Of a DNA stretch of 64,000 bases, positions 51,491-60,577 are shown one piece after another; position 1 is the first letter of the stretch, and each line of letters starts with the position of its first letter. A program made the translations under genes and the position numbers. This stretch comes from Alphaproteobacteria bacterium (GTDB lineage Bacteria > Pseudomonadota > Alphaproteobacteria > G965222575). The notes under the pieces are model-generated. The model made no database searches, was not told the origin of the DNA, and saw only the letters and a list, made by a program, of their open reading frames with translations. The stretch covers positions 96,001 through 160,000 of the forward strand of contig OZ244958.1 in the NCBI GenBank assembly GCA_965222575.1. The letters run 5' to 3'.

Positions 51491-52419
51491 GTAGTGGTAG
51501 TGAAGGTAATGGAGATAGTTTCTGTATCAAGGTTAGTAGGCAAGGCTTGGAATTGGGTATTGAGCATGGAGATTTCTTGGAGTGTCTCTTTTTGACATTG
51601 TAGGAGGTGTGCTTTAGGGAGTTCTAAGGTAAGGGTTGAGTGCAGGAAGTTTGTGGTATCAGAAGTTGTCATGGCAAGACTGAAACTAATTTTTTTCTTT
51701 TGGAGGGGTTTTTGGAGGTCTTGAAGGAATTTTTGTGAGAGCTGGTTATGAGGAATGAGGATTTGAGTATAGGGTGTTTGGAACTGTTGAGTGATAGTGT
51801 TTTTCGAAGCGAGAGGGAGGGAGGAATTTTGGACATTGGTGTGGAGAGTAGCATCATAGAAAGAGAAGAGAGCATCGTTGATTTTACAGGAGAGGGTTTT
51901 AGAGAAAGGAGGAAGTGCGGGTAAGTCGGGCGTGGGTTTTTTTGAGGCTAGGATTTTTGGCAGACCAAGAGCTGAGAAGGAGATGAAGGGGAAAGGGTTT
52001 TGAAAATGGAAGGAGGCACTGATTTTGAGTTGAGAAATTTGGTATTGCGTTTGTGCATGTTGGAAGAAGAGAGAAACATCAGGTGTTGAGGCTTGTGAGA
52101 AGAGAAATTGGGTTGGGTCTCCCGGTTTTTTAGAAAAGCCACAAGCTGTGAGAAGTTGGAGATATGAAGGAAGTGGACTTAAGGAGTCTTTTTTTTGGGG
52201 AGAGAGGAGGCACTTGAAATCAACTTCTTGAGAAACGAAGGTGTTAAGAGTGAGTTGAGAAGAAGCCTTTGTTGCAAACGCCATTGTTGTGTTATCACTG
52301 TAGATTAGCTGTGTTCTAAAATCGAAGACCTGTAGTGGGATGATGGTTTCTATACTGTTTTGCGTAAAAGTACAGAATATAGTATGCGGGCGCTCTTGGA
52401 AGAAAGTATCTTGGGTCAT
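51487..52419 (-). CDS. Putative tail tube (major tail) protein
   Basis: 310 aa, LLTACGF motif, precedes the chaperone pair. Confidence 0.65.
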   Translation of the reverse strand: MTQDTFFQERPHTIFCTFTQNSIETIIPLQVFDFRTQLIYSDNTTMAFATKASSQLTLNTFVSQEVDFKCLLSPQKKDSLSPLPSYLQLLTACGFSKKPGDPTQFLFSQASTPDVSLFFQHAQTQYQISQLKISASFHFQNPFPFISFSALGLPKILASKKPTPDLPALPPFSKTLSCKINDALFSFYDATLHTNVQNSSLPLASKNTITQQFQTPYTQILIPHNQLSQKFLQDLQKPLQKKKISFSLAMTTSDTTNFLHSTLTLELPKAHLLQCQKETLQEISMLNTQFQALPTNLDTETISITFTTTT

Positions 52420-52443
52420 GTGCTTATAAGAAGAAAGGTTGAG

Positions 52444-52776
52444 CTAGTGAGAAAGGAATCGTTTTTTCCATCGCATGATGGTCTGCCTATTGACTTTAAG
52501 GACTTGAGCAGCTTTATAAGTGGAAAGAGCATGAATGACTTGCAAGTACTCTGGCTTCCATTTTCCTGCGCCCCTAGAGCTTTGTTTGATAGGGAGATAC
52601 AAGAAATCGCCGCCAAAGATATGAATAAGAGCCTTGGCTTTTTCATCCCCGACAGCAGAGCGGATTTTGCTATTTTTGTGTTTGGGAATATAAAGCCTTC
52701 CGCCCCCCGTGGATTGAATAAGACCCTGAAAAGCTTTTTCCCCTATTAAGTCTTTTACCCATTGAATAACTGTCAT
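52444..52776 (-). CDS. Mor/C-family transcription activator
   Basis: GGGRLYIPK and FGGDFLYLP motifs, C-terminal HTH (YKAAQVLKVNRQTIMRW). Confidence 0.8.
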   Translation of the reverse strand: MTVIQWVKDLIGEKAFQGLIQSTGGGRLYIPKHKNSKIRSAVGDEKAKALIHIFGGDFLYLPIKQSSRGAGKWKPEYLQVIHALSTYKAAQVLKVNRQTIMRWKKRFLSH

Positions 52777-53032
52777 CAGAAAAAGAAAATCATTTGTAAT
52801 AAAATTACTGTAATAAGCTTTTTCCTGAAATTTTAGAGCAACTATAAAAAGGGGAAATATACCGATAATTGGTTAGTATGAAAAGATTTTTGGGGTCTCT
52901 TTCAGAAAATTGAAAGGAAAAAAATACAAAAAAATTCATAGAAAATTAATCTTCTCAGGAAAGATAAAACTCTAAGAGAGGAAACATGAAAAATGAACAA
53001 GGTGGTGCGTTAGCATTGCGGGTATTTTAGTA

Positions 53033-53061
53033 TATATTACTTTACGCAAAAGGGTAATATA
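53033..53061. promoter_or_regulatory. Candidate operator TATATTAC-N13-GTAATATA between divergent mor and repressor genes
   Basis: 8-bp perfect inverted repeat in the AT-rich intergenic region; function inferred. Confidence 0.4.
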
Positions 53062-53104
53062 AATTATATTTTTTCTTTCTTAGCAAAAATACTCAAGAGG
53101 TGTA

Positions 53105-53713
53105 ATGAAAGGGGCAAAGAAGTTGAAGAGATTCCATAAGAAGTTACGCGATTTAGTGGAGGAGTGCTACAAGGGGAATTGGTCTTCTATGGGTCGTGCG
53201 TGCGGAATTAGTCCGACAAGTTTACAACGTCTAAAAGAAGGAGGGTTTCCACGCTTAGAGACACTATTGAAGCTCAGTCACGGGTTAAAGATAGATATAG
53301 ACAGTTTATGCACTGAAGAGGCACTCGGGGAAGGAGGAGAGACAGTACGCATTAAAAGGTTTGGTTCTAAAGAGCAGTTTTATGGCTTCAGTCGCTCGTG
53401 GTTAATTGCACGCGGGTTACTGGATTGTCCGCTTTGCGTAGCAGAAATAGGGGAAGATGATAGTCTATTGCCTGAGTTTCAGCGCGGGGATTTGTGCTTA
53501 CTACAAGTTGGAGATAAGGATTTGAAGAGTGGAAGTCTATACGGTTTATTCATTGAAGGAGAAGTGTTATTGCGTTATGGGTCTCATTTTCCGGACGGGT
53601 ATCTTTTTCACGGAAGTAGAATAGAGAAGGGGTACTATAAGTTAGGGGAGCAAGGATTTTCTCAGCAATCCATTATAGGGAGACTAGTTGGATGTCTGAA
53701 AACCTACAATTAA
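53105..53713 (+). CDS. CI/XRE-type repressor with degenerate S24 domain
   Basis: HTH (SMGRACGISPTSLQRL...PRLETLLKL); C-terminal DDSLLPEFQRGD...IIGRLV. Confidence 0.82.
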   Translation: MKGAKKLKRFHKKLRDLVEECYKGNWSSMGRACGISPTSLQRLKEGGFPRLETLLKLSHGLKIDIDSLCTEEALGEGGETVRIKRFGSKEQFYGFSRSWLIARGLLDCPLCVAEIGEDDSLLPEFQRGDLCLLQVGDKDLKSGSLYGLFIEGEVLLRYGSHFPDGYLFHGSRIEKGYYKLGEQGFSQQSIIGRLVGCLKTYN

Positions 53714-53740
53714 AATTGACAATTGAAATTGTTGAGAAGG

Positions 53741-54085
53741 GCTAGCCCTAGGGGGCAACCCCCTTGGGAAAATCCCTTGTGAGTCCTTATGTGAGTCGCT
53801 TCTGTGAAACCCCCTTGGGGGAAAGCCCCTTGGGGCAACCCCCTTGGGGGGAAATCCCTTGTGAGTCCTTATGTGAGTCGCTTCTGTGAAAGCCCCTAGG
53901 GGCAACCCCCTTGGGGGAAAGCCCCTTGGGGCAACCCCCTTGGGAAAATCCCTTGTGAGTCCTTATGTGAGTCGCTTCTGTGAAAGCCCCTAGGGGCAAC
54001 CCCCTTGGGGGGAAATCCCTTGTGAGTCCTTATGTGAGTCGCTTCTGTGAAAGCCCCTAGGGGCAACCCCCTAAGGGGTTCCCCT
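53741..54085. repeat. Array of a 40-bp core (AAATCCCTTGTGAGTCCTTATGTGAGTCGCTTCTGTGAAA) x4 separated by CCCCT(A/T)GGGG palindromic modules
   Basis: Cores at about 53770, 53852, 53946 and 54013. Confidence 0.92.
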
Positions 54086-54095
54086 AGCCAATCCC

Positions 54096-54845
54096 TTACG
54101 GATTATGAGGAATGGTGCCGTAAAAGCCTCCTCCTGAGCGAGGTGTTTGGATATCACCTACCTCATAGACAAGAAAGTTCAGGGTGCCTAGTAATTTCGA
54201 GACATCTGTAATATTATGCTTTGTTCTGTAAGCAAAAAACTTCACCGGGTCCTCCACTATTAACTTCCCATAAACTGTGATTGTCCTTGGTGCTGCAGCA
54301 AGGAGCCTGTTGTTGCGATGGAAATGAGAATCGTCAAATAGCAAATAGCTCACTGGTGACTCACGGGGCTTAAACACCTCCAGGTCAGCAACATCATTAA
54401 GCGTATTCCCAGTGGACTTCTTCAGAGTGCCATCGCCGGCGGTTTTTTTAAAAGTTAACTCTAACGCCACTCCCGCCTCTTCCAAATCAAGAGACCCCTC
54501 AATATATGAAACCTTTATAAATGCATGAGCGGCATAATCGGTGTCGGTGCGCCCTAAAAAGTAGGATTTCACATACGGGTCAAGAGTGAATTCCCCTACC
54601 TGTGCCCAGTTACCAACAGGAGTGGCATTCTCACATTCTGTGATTCCATTCTCGTCTAACGCACACTCAATATTTTCCCCTTGATTCAGTTGTATCGGGG
54701 TCACAGTATAAGCCCCAAAGTTTAGGTGTGTATCTACTGTAATGTCAGGCGCTGCTAAAAGGAGTTGCCCTCCTAAGAGGAAACCTCCTAGGAGGAAACC
54801 TCCTATGGCAAGGTAACTGACAGAGATTTTGAAAGTCTTCTTCAT
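54096..54845 (-). CDS. Secreted beta-rich protein, DUF4402/fimbrial-subunit-like
   Basis: Signal peptide, ITVDTHLNFG, Cys pair, C-terminal ITVYGKLIV...GTLNFLVY; AAGGAG RBS. Confidence 0.55.
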   Translation of the reverse strand: MKKTFKISVSYLAIGGFLLGGFLLGGQLLLAAPDITVDTHLNFGAYTVTPIQLNQGENIECALDENGITECENATPVGNWAQVGEFTLDPYVKSYFLGRTDTDYAAHAFIKVSYIEGSLDLEEAGVALELTFKKTAGDGTLKKSTGNTLNDVADLEVFKPRESPVSYLLFDDSHFHRNNRLLAAAPRTITVYGKLIVEDPVKFFAYRTKHNITDVSKLLGTLNFLVYEVGDIQTPRSGGGFYGTIPHNP

Positions 54846-54870
54846 GGTCTATAGGCTCCTTTGTTGATGT

Positions 54871-55103
54871 TGCCTATAGACGGATTGCCTATAGACGGAT
54901 TGCCTATAGACGGATTGCCTATAGACGGATTGCCTATAGACGGATTGCCTATAGACGGATTGCCTATAGACGGATTGCCTATAGACGGATTGCCTATAGA
55001 CGGATTGCCTATAGACGGATTGCCTATAGACGGATTGCCTATAGACGGATTGCCTATAGACGGATTGCCTATAGACGGATTGCCTATAGACGGATTGCCT
55101 ATA
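54871..55103. repeat. 15-bp VNTR TGCCTATAGACGGAT, 15 perfect copies plus a partial
   Basis: Read directly. Confidence 0.97.
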
Positions 55104-55132
55104 TAATAGGACGATTCCAAGCCCCTTGTCAA
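55103..55132 (-). promoter_or_regulatory. Sigma70-like promoter TTGACA-N18-TATTAT for the 54845 gene
   Basis: Minus strand TTGACAAGGGGCTTGGAATCGTCCTATTAT. Confidence 0.6.
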
Positions 55133-55133
55133 G

Positions 55134-55162
55134 AAAAAAAACTCCTAATCCTTAGGAGTTTT
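55134..55162 (-). terminator. Rho-independent terminator of the lolCD operon
   Basis: AAAACTCCTAA-GGA-TTAGGAGTTTTTTTT on the minus strand. Confidence 0.7.
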
Positions 55163-55165
55163 ATT

Positions 55166-55262
55166 GGGGGGGGGAACCCCTTGGGGGGAAATCCCTTGTG
55201 AGTCCTTATGTGAGTCGCTTCTGTGAAACCCCCTAGGGGCAACCCCTTAAGGGGAAACCCCC
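55166..55262. repeat. Fifth, isolated copy of the 40-bp core/palindrome repeat
   Basis: Identical core at about 55189, same orientation as the 53.7-54.1 kb array. Confidence 0.9.
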
Positions 55263-55287
55263 TTTTTCTCCATGCCCAGGGCTAGCC

Positions 55288-55947
55288 CTAGGGGCTAGTG
55301 CCTCCTAAGGTTAAAGCTCCCTGATGATAATTGAGCCATCGACGGTCATGGGTTGCTACAATTGCTATAAGAGAGGTTTTGTGTACCAGTTGACACAAAT
55401 ACTCAATGAGAGCTGTAGCGGCAATGCTATCTAAGTTTCCTGTTGGTTCATCGGCTAAAAGAAGTGTTGGGGTTTTAATCACTGCCCGACTAACGGCAAT
55501 ACGCATCGCTTCACCGCCTGATAACTCTGCTGGATACTGGGAGGCTTTTTCTTTAAGACCTATTTTCTTTAAGGCTTCGTAGGCCTTTTCTTGTGCAAGC
55601 TTTTTATGATATCCTTGAAGACGCAAAGGAAGGGCGACATTCTCCAAAGCTGTAAAATCTCTTAACAAGCCATGAAACTGGTATACAAAGCCTATGTTTT
55701 CTCTTCTTAAAAGCGTTCTTTCTTTATTGGAGAGTCTTGAAAAGGGGTGGTTTTTGAGTATGATTTCTCCTTCTTGCATTCTCTCAAGCAATCCTAAGAG
55801 CTGTAGCAAGGTTGTTTTCCCGGACCCAGAGGGGCCAAGTACCACAAACACTTCCCCTGCTCCAGCTGTAAAATTCACCTCTTTGAGAATCTTTTCTTTT
55901 CCTAGCCCGTAGGAAAATGAGAGGGCACGCACTTTGAGTTTACACAT
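55288..55947 (-). CDS. lolD: Lipoprotein-releasing ABC transporter ATPase
   Basis: GPSGSGKTT, IGFVYQFHGLL, LSGGE, LLADEPTGNLD. Confidence 0.93.
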   Translation of the reverse strand: MCKLKVRALSFSYGLGKEKILKEVNFTAGAGEVFVVLGPSGSGKTTLLQLLGLLERMQEGEIILKNHPFSRLSNKERTLLRRENIGFVYQFHGLLRDFTALENVALPLRLQGYHKKLAQEKAYEALKKIGLKEKASQYPAELSGGEAMRIAVSRAVIKTPTLLLADEPTGNLDSIAATALIEYLCQLVHKTSLIAIVATHDRRWLNYHQGALTLGGTSP

Positions 55948-57157
55948 GTCTTAATCCTTCTGCGGGGGATAAGCAAGACGCTTTCCATGCTGGATACAGA
56001 CTTGCCAAAAAGCATACAAATTGACCTAACAGACAGGTATAAAGTGCTTTCCACGGTGCATAAATCATTGGCAATTCCTTCAAAAATCTAATTTCCTCGT
56101 CCCAAATTGAGAAGCCTAGCAACGACTCCAAAAAAGTTTGTACTTGGTCACTATAAATACAAATCAACGACCCCACAACGCCTCCTAATAAACTGCCTGC
56201 CAAGCCTATTAAGGCTCCGCAAATCAAGAAAATTGACACAATTTCTCCTTTTCCTGCCCCTAAGCCTCTGAGTATGGCAATCTCTGAGCGCTTATCCTGT
56301 ACCAACATCACCAAAGACGATATCACATTAAAGGCTGCCACAAAAATCATGAGGAACAAAATCAATTTCATGACGCGTCTTTCTATCTCAAGGGTTTGGA
56401 AAAAGGAGGCATTCACCTCTTGCCATGTAAAGGCTTCATAGTGTGGTGGTAAGGACTCTTTGATAAAAGACACCATCTCTTTTACTTGTGAGGGCGTATT
56501 TACAAACACTTCTAGTGCGACAAACCCACTGCCACTGAGTATCTTACCTGTCTCAAGGGGTAGCAGGGCAAATTGCGCATCATATTCATACATACCCACA
56601 TCAAAAATGCCTGCAATAGACAACACCAGTATCTTAGGCACAAACCCAAAGGCTGTGTGGTATCCTTCTCCTAGTATTAGACTCACCTTATCTCCTACCT
56701 CTACTTGTAGCTGTAGTGCTAAAAGACGACCAATGAGAATCCCGCCCTTGTCAAACCTGTCAATCTCTGCGGCTTCCAAAGACAACAAGGAGACCTTTTT
56801 TAAGTCTTCCCCTCTTGCAGCTTTCAAAAATACTCCTCTTGACACACCGTCCGCCATAATAAACCCTTCGGAACGAATGGTAGGCATTACCAACTCGACT
56901 TCTTCATGCGCTTCAAGCAGTTTTCTGAAGGCTGTATCCTCCGCTATTCCGCTGCCTCTGACAACCACATGACCATTAAACCCTAAAATCCTAGACAAAA
57001 GCTCTTGGTGAAAGCCTTCCATCACGCCCATGACGACAATGAGTGTGCCAACGCCAATGGCTAAGCCTAGAAGTGAAAAAATGGTGATAACCGATAAAAA
57101 CTTCTCACGCTTTCGCGCTAAAAGATAGCGTAACGCTATAGCAAAAGCTATCCGCAT
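55940..57157 (-). CDS. lolC: Lipoprotein-releasing ABC transporter permease LolC/E
   Basis: IALRYL, VMGVMEGF, AAFNVISSL.MLV.DKRSEIAILR, SLYPAWKA. Confidence 0.93.
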   Translation of the reverse strand: MRIAFAIALRYLLARKREKFLSVITIFSLLGLAIGVGTLIVVMGVMEGFHQELLSRILGFNGHVVVRGSGIAEDTAFRKLLEAHEEVELVMPTIRSEGFIMADGVSRGVFLKAARGEDLKKVSLLSLEAAEIDRFDKGGILIGRLLALQLQVEVGDKVSLILGEGYHTAFGFVPKILVLSIAGIFDVGMYEYDAQFALLPLETGKILSGSGFVALEVFVNTPSQVKEMVSFIKESLPPHYEAFTWQEVNASFFQTLEIERRVMKLILFLMIFVAAFNVISSLVMLVQDKRSEIAILRGLGAGKGEIVSIFLICGALIGLAGSLLGGVVGSLICIYSDQVQTFLESLLGFSIWDEEIRFLKELPMIYAPWKALYTCLLGQFVCFLASLYPAWKASCLSPAEGLRHV

Positions 57158-57160
57158 CTC

Positions 57161-57649
57161 CTACGCCTCTTGAAGAAGTTCGTACCCAAGGGTTAAGGCT
57201 TTCTCTACGGCCTTCATTCTCACGGCATGGCGAGACATTGTAGCAGACCCTTCTACACACTCAAGCTTACTCTGCTTCTGTAACATCCCGCCACAATAGA
57301 CAAGGGGAAGAGAAGACACAGAGGAGGCCTCCGCAAATCCTGTGATAGCAAGAACAAAATGCACTTGTAACACCTTTGAAGCACCCCTCATAAGGGCTAA
57401 CGCAAGCTCTTCAGAAGCACTACCGCACGCAAGAACTTTCTCATCAATCCCAAGAAGGCGTGCTTTTAACCCATCATTGTACGCAATAATACCTCCTACA
57501 AAAACCTTAGAGCTGCCAGATAAGGCTGTGAGTGTCCCCCCAAGCAATCCTCCGGTACAAGATTCCGCTACACCCATGGTGAGACCTAGGTGCTCACACT
57601 GAGAGAATACGGCTTGTGCACGCCTTAAAATGCCTTGAGAAAATTCCAT
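57161..57649 (-). CDS. CinA C-terminal domain protein (NMN deamidase PncC-like)
   Basis: VAESCTGGL, SGSSKVF.GG..AY, AITGFA. Confidence 0.88.
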   Translation of the reverse strand: MEFSQGILRRAQAVFSQCEHLGLTMGVAESCTGGLLGGTLTALSGSSKVFVGGIIAYNDGLKARLLGIDEKVLACGSASEELALALMRGASKVLQVHFVLAITGFAEASSVSSLPLVYCGGMLQKQSKLECVEGSATMSRHAVRMKAVEKALTLGYELLQEA

Positions 57650-57650
57650 G

Positions 57651-58124
57651 TCATATCCACAATTTACTCGCCACCACCACCACAATGCCTGCGATAACTC
57701 CAGCAACCACATCATCGGCAAATACGCCAATAATACTACGCCACTTCAAAGACCCCCACTCTTCTACCCATCTTATAGGAAATGGCTTCACAATATCAAA
57801 AAATCGAAAAGCAAGTCCCGTCACTAAAATCATCTCCACCGATACCGCCTGCCCCATCACCGACTCCACAACAAAAAGAGAAACCCAAAATCCTAGCACT
57901 TCATCTAACACAATCCAACTGGGATCAACTGATACAGTCCGTAGCTTCACCCTAGCCCAAAGACCCAAAACACCAACCACAAGACAAAGCCCCACCATCA
58001 CCCCCCCCTCACCCCTCAATAACCACCATATCACTCCCCCCACCACAGTCCCCCAAGTGCCTGCCGCATAAGGGATAAACCCAACACCTCCAACACTCAA
58101 GAGACACTGATAAAACCTTCTCAT
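57651..58124 (-). CDS. pgpA: Phosphatidylglycerophosphatase A
   Basis: AGTWGT, DPSWIVLDEVLG, FRFFDIVKPFPI, DDVVAG. Confidence 0.93.
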   Translation of the reverse strand: MRRFYQCLLSVGGVGFIPYAAGTWGTVVGGVIWWLLRGEGGVMVGLCLVVGVLGLWARVKLRTVSVDPSWIVLDEVLGFWVSLFVVESVMGQAVSVEMILVTGLAFRFFDIVKPFPIRWVEEWGSLKWRSIIGVFADDVVAGVIAGIVVVVASKLWI

Positions 58125-58133
58125 CAGAACCCT

Positions 58134-59303
58134 CTAACAGGCACAATGCCCTCGAAGCGTTGCAATCACCACAGCCATCACTCCTTCCTTTCGTCCTGTA
58201 AAGCCTAAGCCCTCTGTGGTCGTCGCCTTCACATTCACCTTATCAACAGATAACTGACACAATAGCCCTACCCTCTTACACACCTCTTCCCTAAAAGACC
58301 TTGATAGCTTAGGATGCTCACACACCACCGTCATATCCAAAGAAGAAAGCCTAAAGCCTCTTTCCGCTGCCATCTTAAGGGCAAAGGTCACAAACAAAGA
58401 GGAGTCTTGATTTTTCCACCTGCTATCAGAAGGGGGGAAATGTGTCCCTATATCCCCAGCCCCTGCAGCTCCTAACACACTATCCACCACGGCATGGAGT
58501 AAAACATCTGCATCTGAGTGTCCTTGTAGAGAAAATCTGTGGGGTATCTTACAGCCTCCAAGAATAAGGTGACCCTCCCCTTCCGTTGCGTGAAAGGGAT
58601 GCACATCAATGCCTATCCCTGTACGGACTTCACCTAAGAGAGGAGAGAAGAGGTCTTGGGGAGTGGTAAGTTTTCTATTGCCCGCACAACCTTGCACAAC
58701 GCGTATCCGCCCCCCGGCTCTTTGGAAAACATCGCCATCATCCCGTAACGCTTTCGAGGGAGAAATCTTCTCATAGGAGGCAAGAATGTCCTGATAAAGA
58801 AACACTTGCGGGGTTTGGGCACAGAGTAGAGTCCCTTTCAGACTTTCTCCTACTTCTTTGCCCTTCAGTAGCTTCAACGCATCCCAAACAGGCAGCACAG
58901 GCACAACACCCTTCTCAGTCTTCAAGGCTTCCAACAGGCGCCTTAAAAGCTTGTGACAGACAAAAGGCCTCACCGCATCATGAATCAACACAGCCTCCGG
59001 CTTATAAGCTCCAAGCCCCTTCAACCCTTGCCAACAAGACGCCCCTCTCGTGGCGCCTCCTTCTACGGGAGGAAGGCATTTTGCCCTTACTTCCGTAGGC
59101 AAAATAGACAACACCTCATCAAAACGCTCCCTGTAAGAGCGGTGTAACACCACTAATAAAAACCTAATGGACTCACAAGCCCCTAGCGTCTTAAGAGAAG
59201 AGACAATAATAGGCTCTCCTTCCGGTAAAAGATGAAAAATTTTATTGCCCCCCCATCTTTCTCCTGTTCCTCCCGCAAGGATGAGGGCATCAGTCAACAT
59301 CAA
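58134..59303 (-). CDS. ispDF: Bifunctional IspD/IspF
   Basis: LAGGTGER, LIHDAVRPF, QTPQ; GIDVH, HSDADVLLHA, GDIGTHFP, KATTTEGLGF. Confidence 0.96.
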   Translation of the reverse strand: MMLTDALILAGGTGERWGGNKIFHLLPEGEPIIVSSLKTLGACESIRFLLVVLHRSYRERFDEVLSILPTEVRAKCLPPVEGGATRGASCWQGLKGLGAYKPEAVLIHDAVRPFVCHKLLRRLLEALKTEKGVVPVLPVWDALKLLKGKEVGESLKGTLLCAQTPQVFLYQDILASYEKISPSKALRDDGDVFQRAGGRIRVVQGCAGNRKLTTPQDLFSPLLGEVRTGIGIDVHPFHATEGEGHLILGGCKIPHRFSLQGHSDADVLLHAVVDSVLGAAGAGDIGTHFPPSDSRWKNQDSSLFVTFALKMAAERGFRLSSLDMTVVCEHPKLSRSFREEVCKRVGLLCQLSVDKVNVKATTTEGLGFTGRKEGVMAVVIATLRGHCAC

Positions 59304-59311
59304 AGATTCCT

Positions 59312-60340
59312 CTATAAAGGATAATTATTCAATAACCAGCCAATCAAAAGCACTTGAGGCAATAAAATCAACATATAAAAAACCACCACGCCCCACTGCT
59401 TTGTCATCTCACGCAGAATCAGAATTTCCGTGATATCCGTTGCCACGCCAGCTAGCAGGAAAACAAAAACATTCCCTTGAGCGCGCGCATAGGTGTAAAT
59501 GTCAAGAGCAAAAGGCACCATGCCTTCAGAACACACTTCAATCACCGTAGCAAGCCCTAAGGTCGCCAACATGCCAATTAAAGACGGAGCAAAAAACTTC
59601 ATCATACTCACGTCAGAAAGGAATAACCGCAACACAGCCGCAATCAAAATTCCTAACAATAACCATCGAACCAGACTTTTAATGGCTATTATCTGTTGGC
59701 CGATATGGACAAATATGCCCTTGAGTGACCAATCCTGCCAATGAAAACTCTCCGCTAAACGTTGACTGATAAGAGAGGAAGCCGTTGTAGGTCTTGTGTC
59801 CTTATTGTATTGAGGCACTCTGTCCCCTAAGAGTTCAAAACAGACCCCTGTGCTATAAGCCAACACCATGGATAACCCTGTAAATACGAGCGTAAGAGAA
59901 ACCCCTATGTTGTTCATGAGAATCACCATGACAGAAAAAGAATTCCAAGGAGTGGAAATTAAAAATGCTATCACATGCCCAAGTCGTACCCCTTTCTTAT
60001 AAAGTGCCACCGCTATCAGGAGAACACCATGGCTACAAACATCAAACAGGAACCCAGCGATGATACACTTCATCAGGCTGTTTTTTCCCTTGAAAAAGAA
60101 ATTGATAAATTTATTAGGCAAAAAGGAAAAGCTAATGGCAATGATGACGCCAATCACCGTGCCAACCCAAATCATCTCAGTAAATCTTGTAACATGGTGA
60201 GCAAACTCTCCGATTTTTCCCGCCATATCAGGCCACAGGAGCCTCCCCCCAACACTCAGCCCAATGACCATAAATGTTCCCCAAAAAAGATAATCAATCT
60301 TCTTATTAGAACTTTCTTTCGAGGGACAACAGGAGGTCAT
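59312..60340 (-). CDS. Permease (ArsP / DUF318 family)
   Basis: Multi-TM, duplicated VCS motifs (DVCSHG, EVCSEG), N-terminal SCC. Confidence 0.8.
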   Translation of the reverse strand: MTSCCPSKESSNKKIDYLFWGTFMVIGLSVGGRLLWPDMAGKIGEFAHHVTRFTEMIWVGTVIGVIIAISFSFLPNKFINFFFKGKNSLMKCIIAGFLFDVCSHGVLLIAVALYKKGVRLGHVIAFLISTPWNSFSVMVILMNNIGVSLTLVFTGLSMVLAYSTGVCFELLGDRVPQYNKDTRPTTASSLISQRLAESFHWQDWSLKGIFVHIGQQIIAIKSLVRWLLLGILIAAVLRLFLSDVSMMKFFAPSLIGMLATLGLATVIEVCSEGMVPFALDIYTYARAQGNVFVFLLAGVATDITEILILREMTKQWGVVVFYMLILLPQVLLIGWLLNNYPL

Positions 60341-60468
60341 ACAGTCAACATTATAATCTCTTTCACTCTAGCACATTCCGTCCTTGTTTGACAAGATAAC
60401 AAGTCTCTTTCACGCCTTAAAGTTGCTTCTTGAGGCTAATAAAGCTATTCTTTGAAAAAAGTTACACA

Positions 60469-60555
60469 GGATGGGTGGCTGAGCGGTCGAAAGCACTGGT
60501 CTTGAAAACCAGCAGGTACGCAAGTGTCTCGTGGGTTCGAATCCCACCCCATCCG
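60469..60555 (+). tRNA. tRNA-Ser(TGA)
   Basis: GGATGGG/CCCATCC acceptor stem, CTGGT-CTTGAAA-ACCAG anticodon arm, long variable arm, GGTTCGAATCC; CCA not encoded. Confidence 0.96.
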
Positions 60556-60577
60556 TAAAAAGAACAAAATAGAAAAA

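Noticed and set aside
53741-54085. Possible CRISPR array (40-bp constant core)
   Set aside because: Intervening sequences are built from the same CCCCT(A/T)GGGG modules, not unique spacers.
54842-55132. ORFs encoding (GNPSI)n or (DGLPI)n
   Set aside because: By-product of a stop-free 15-bp repeat; the TTG start is the -35 hexamer of the predicted promoter.
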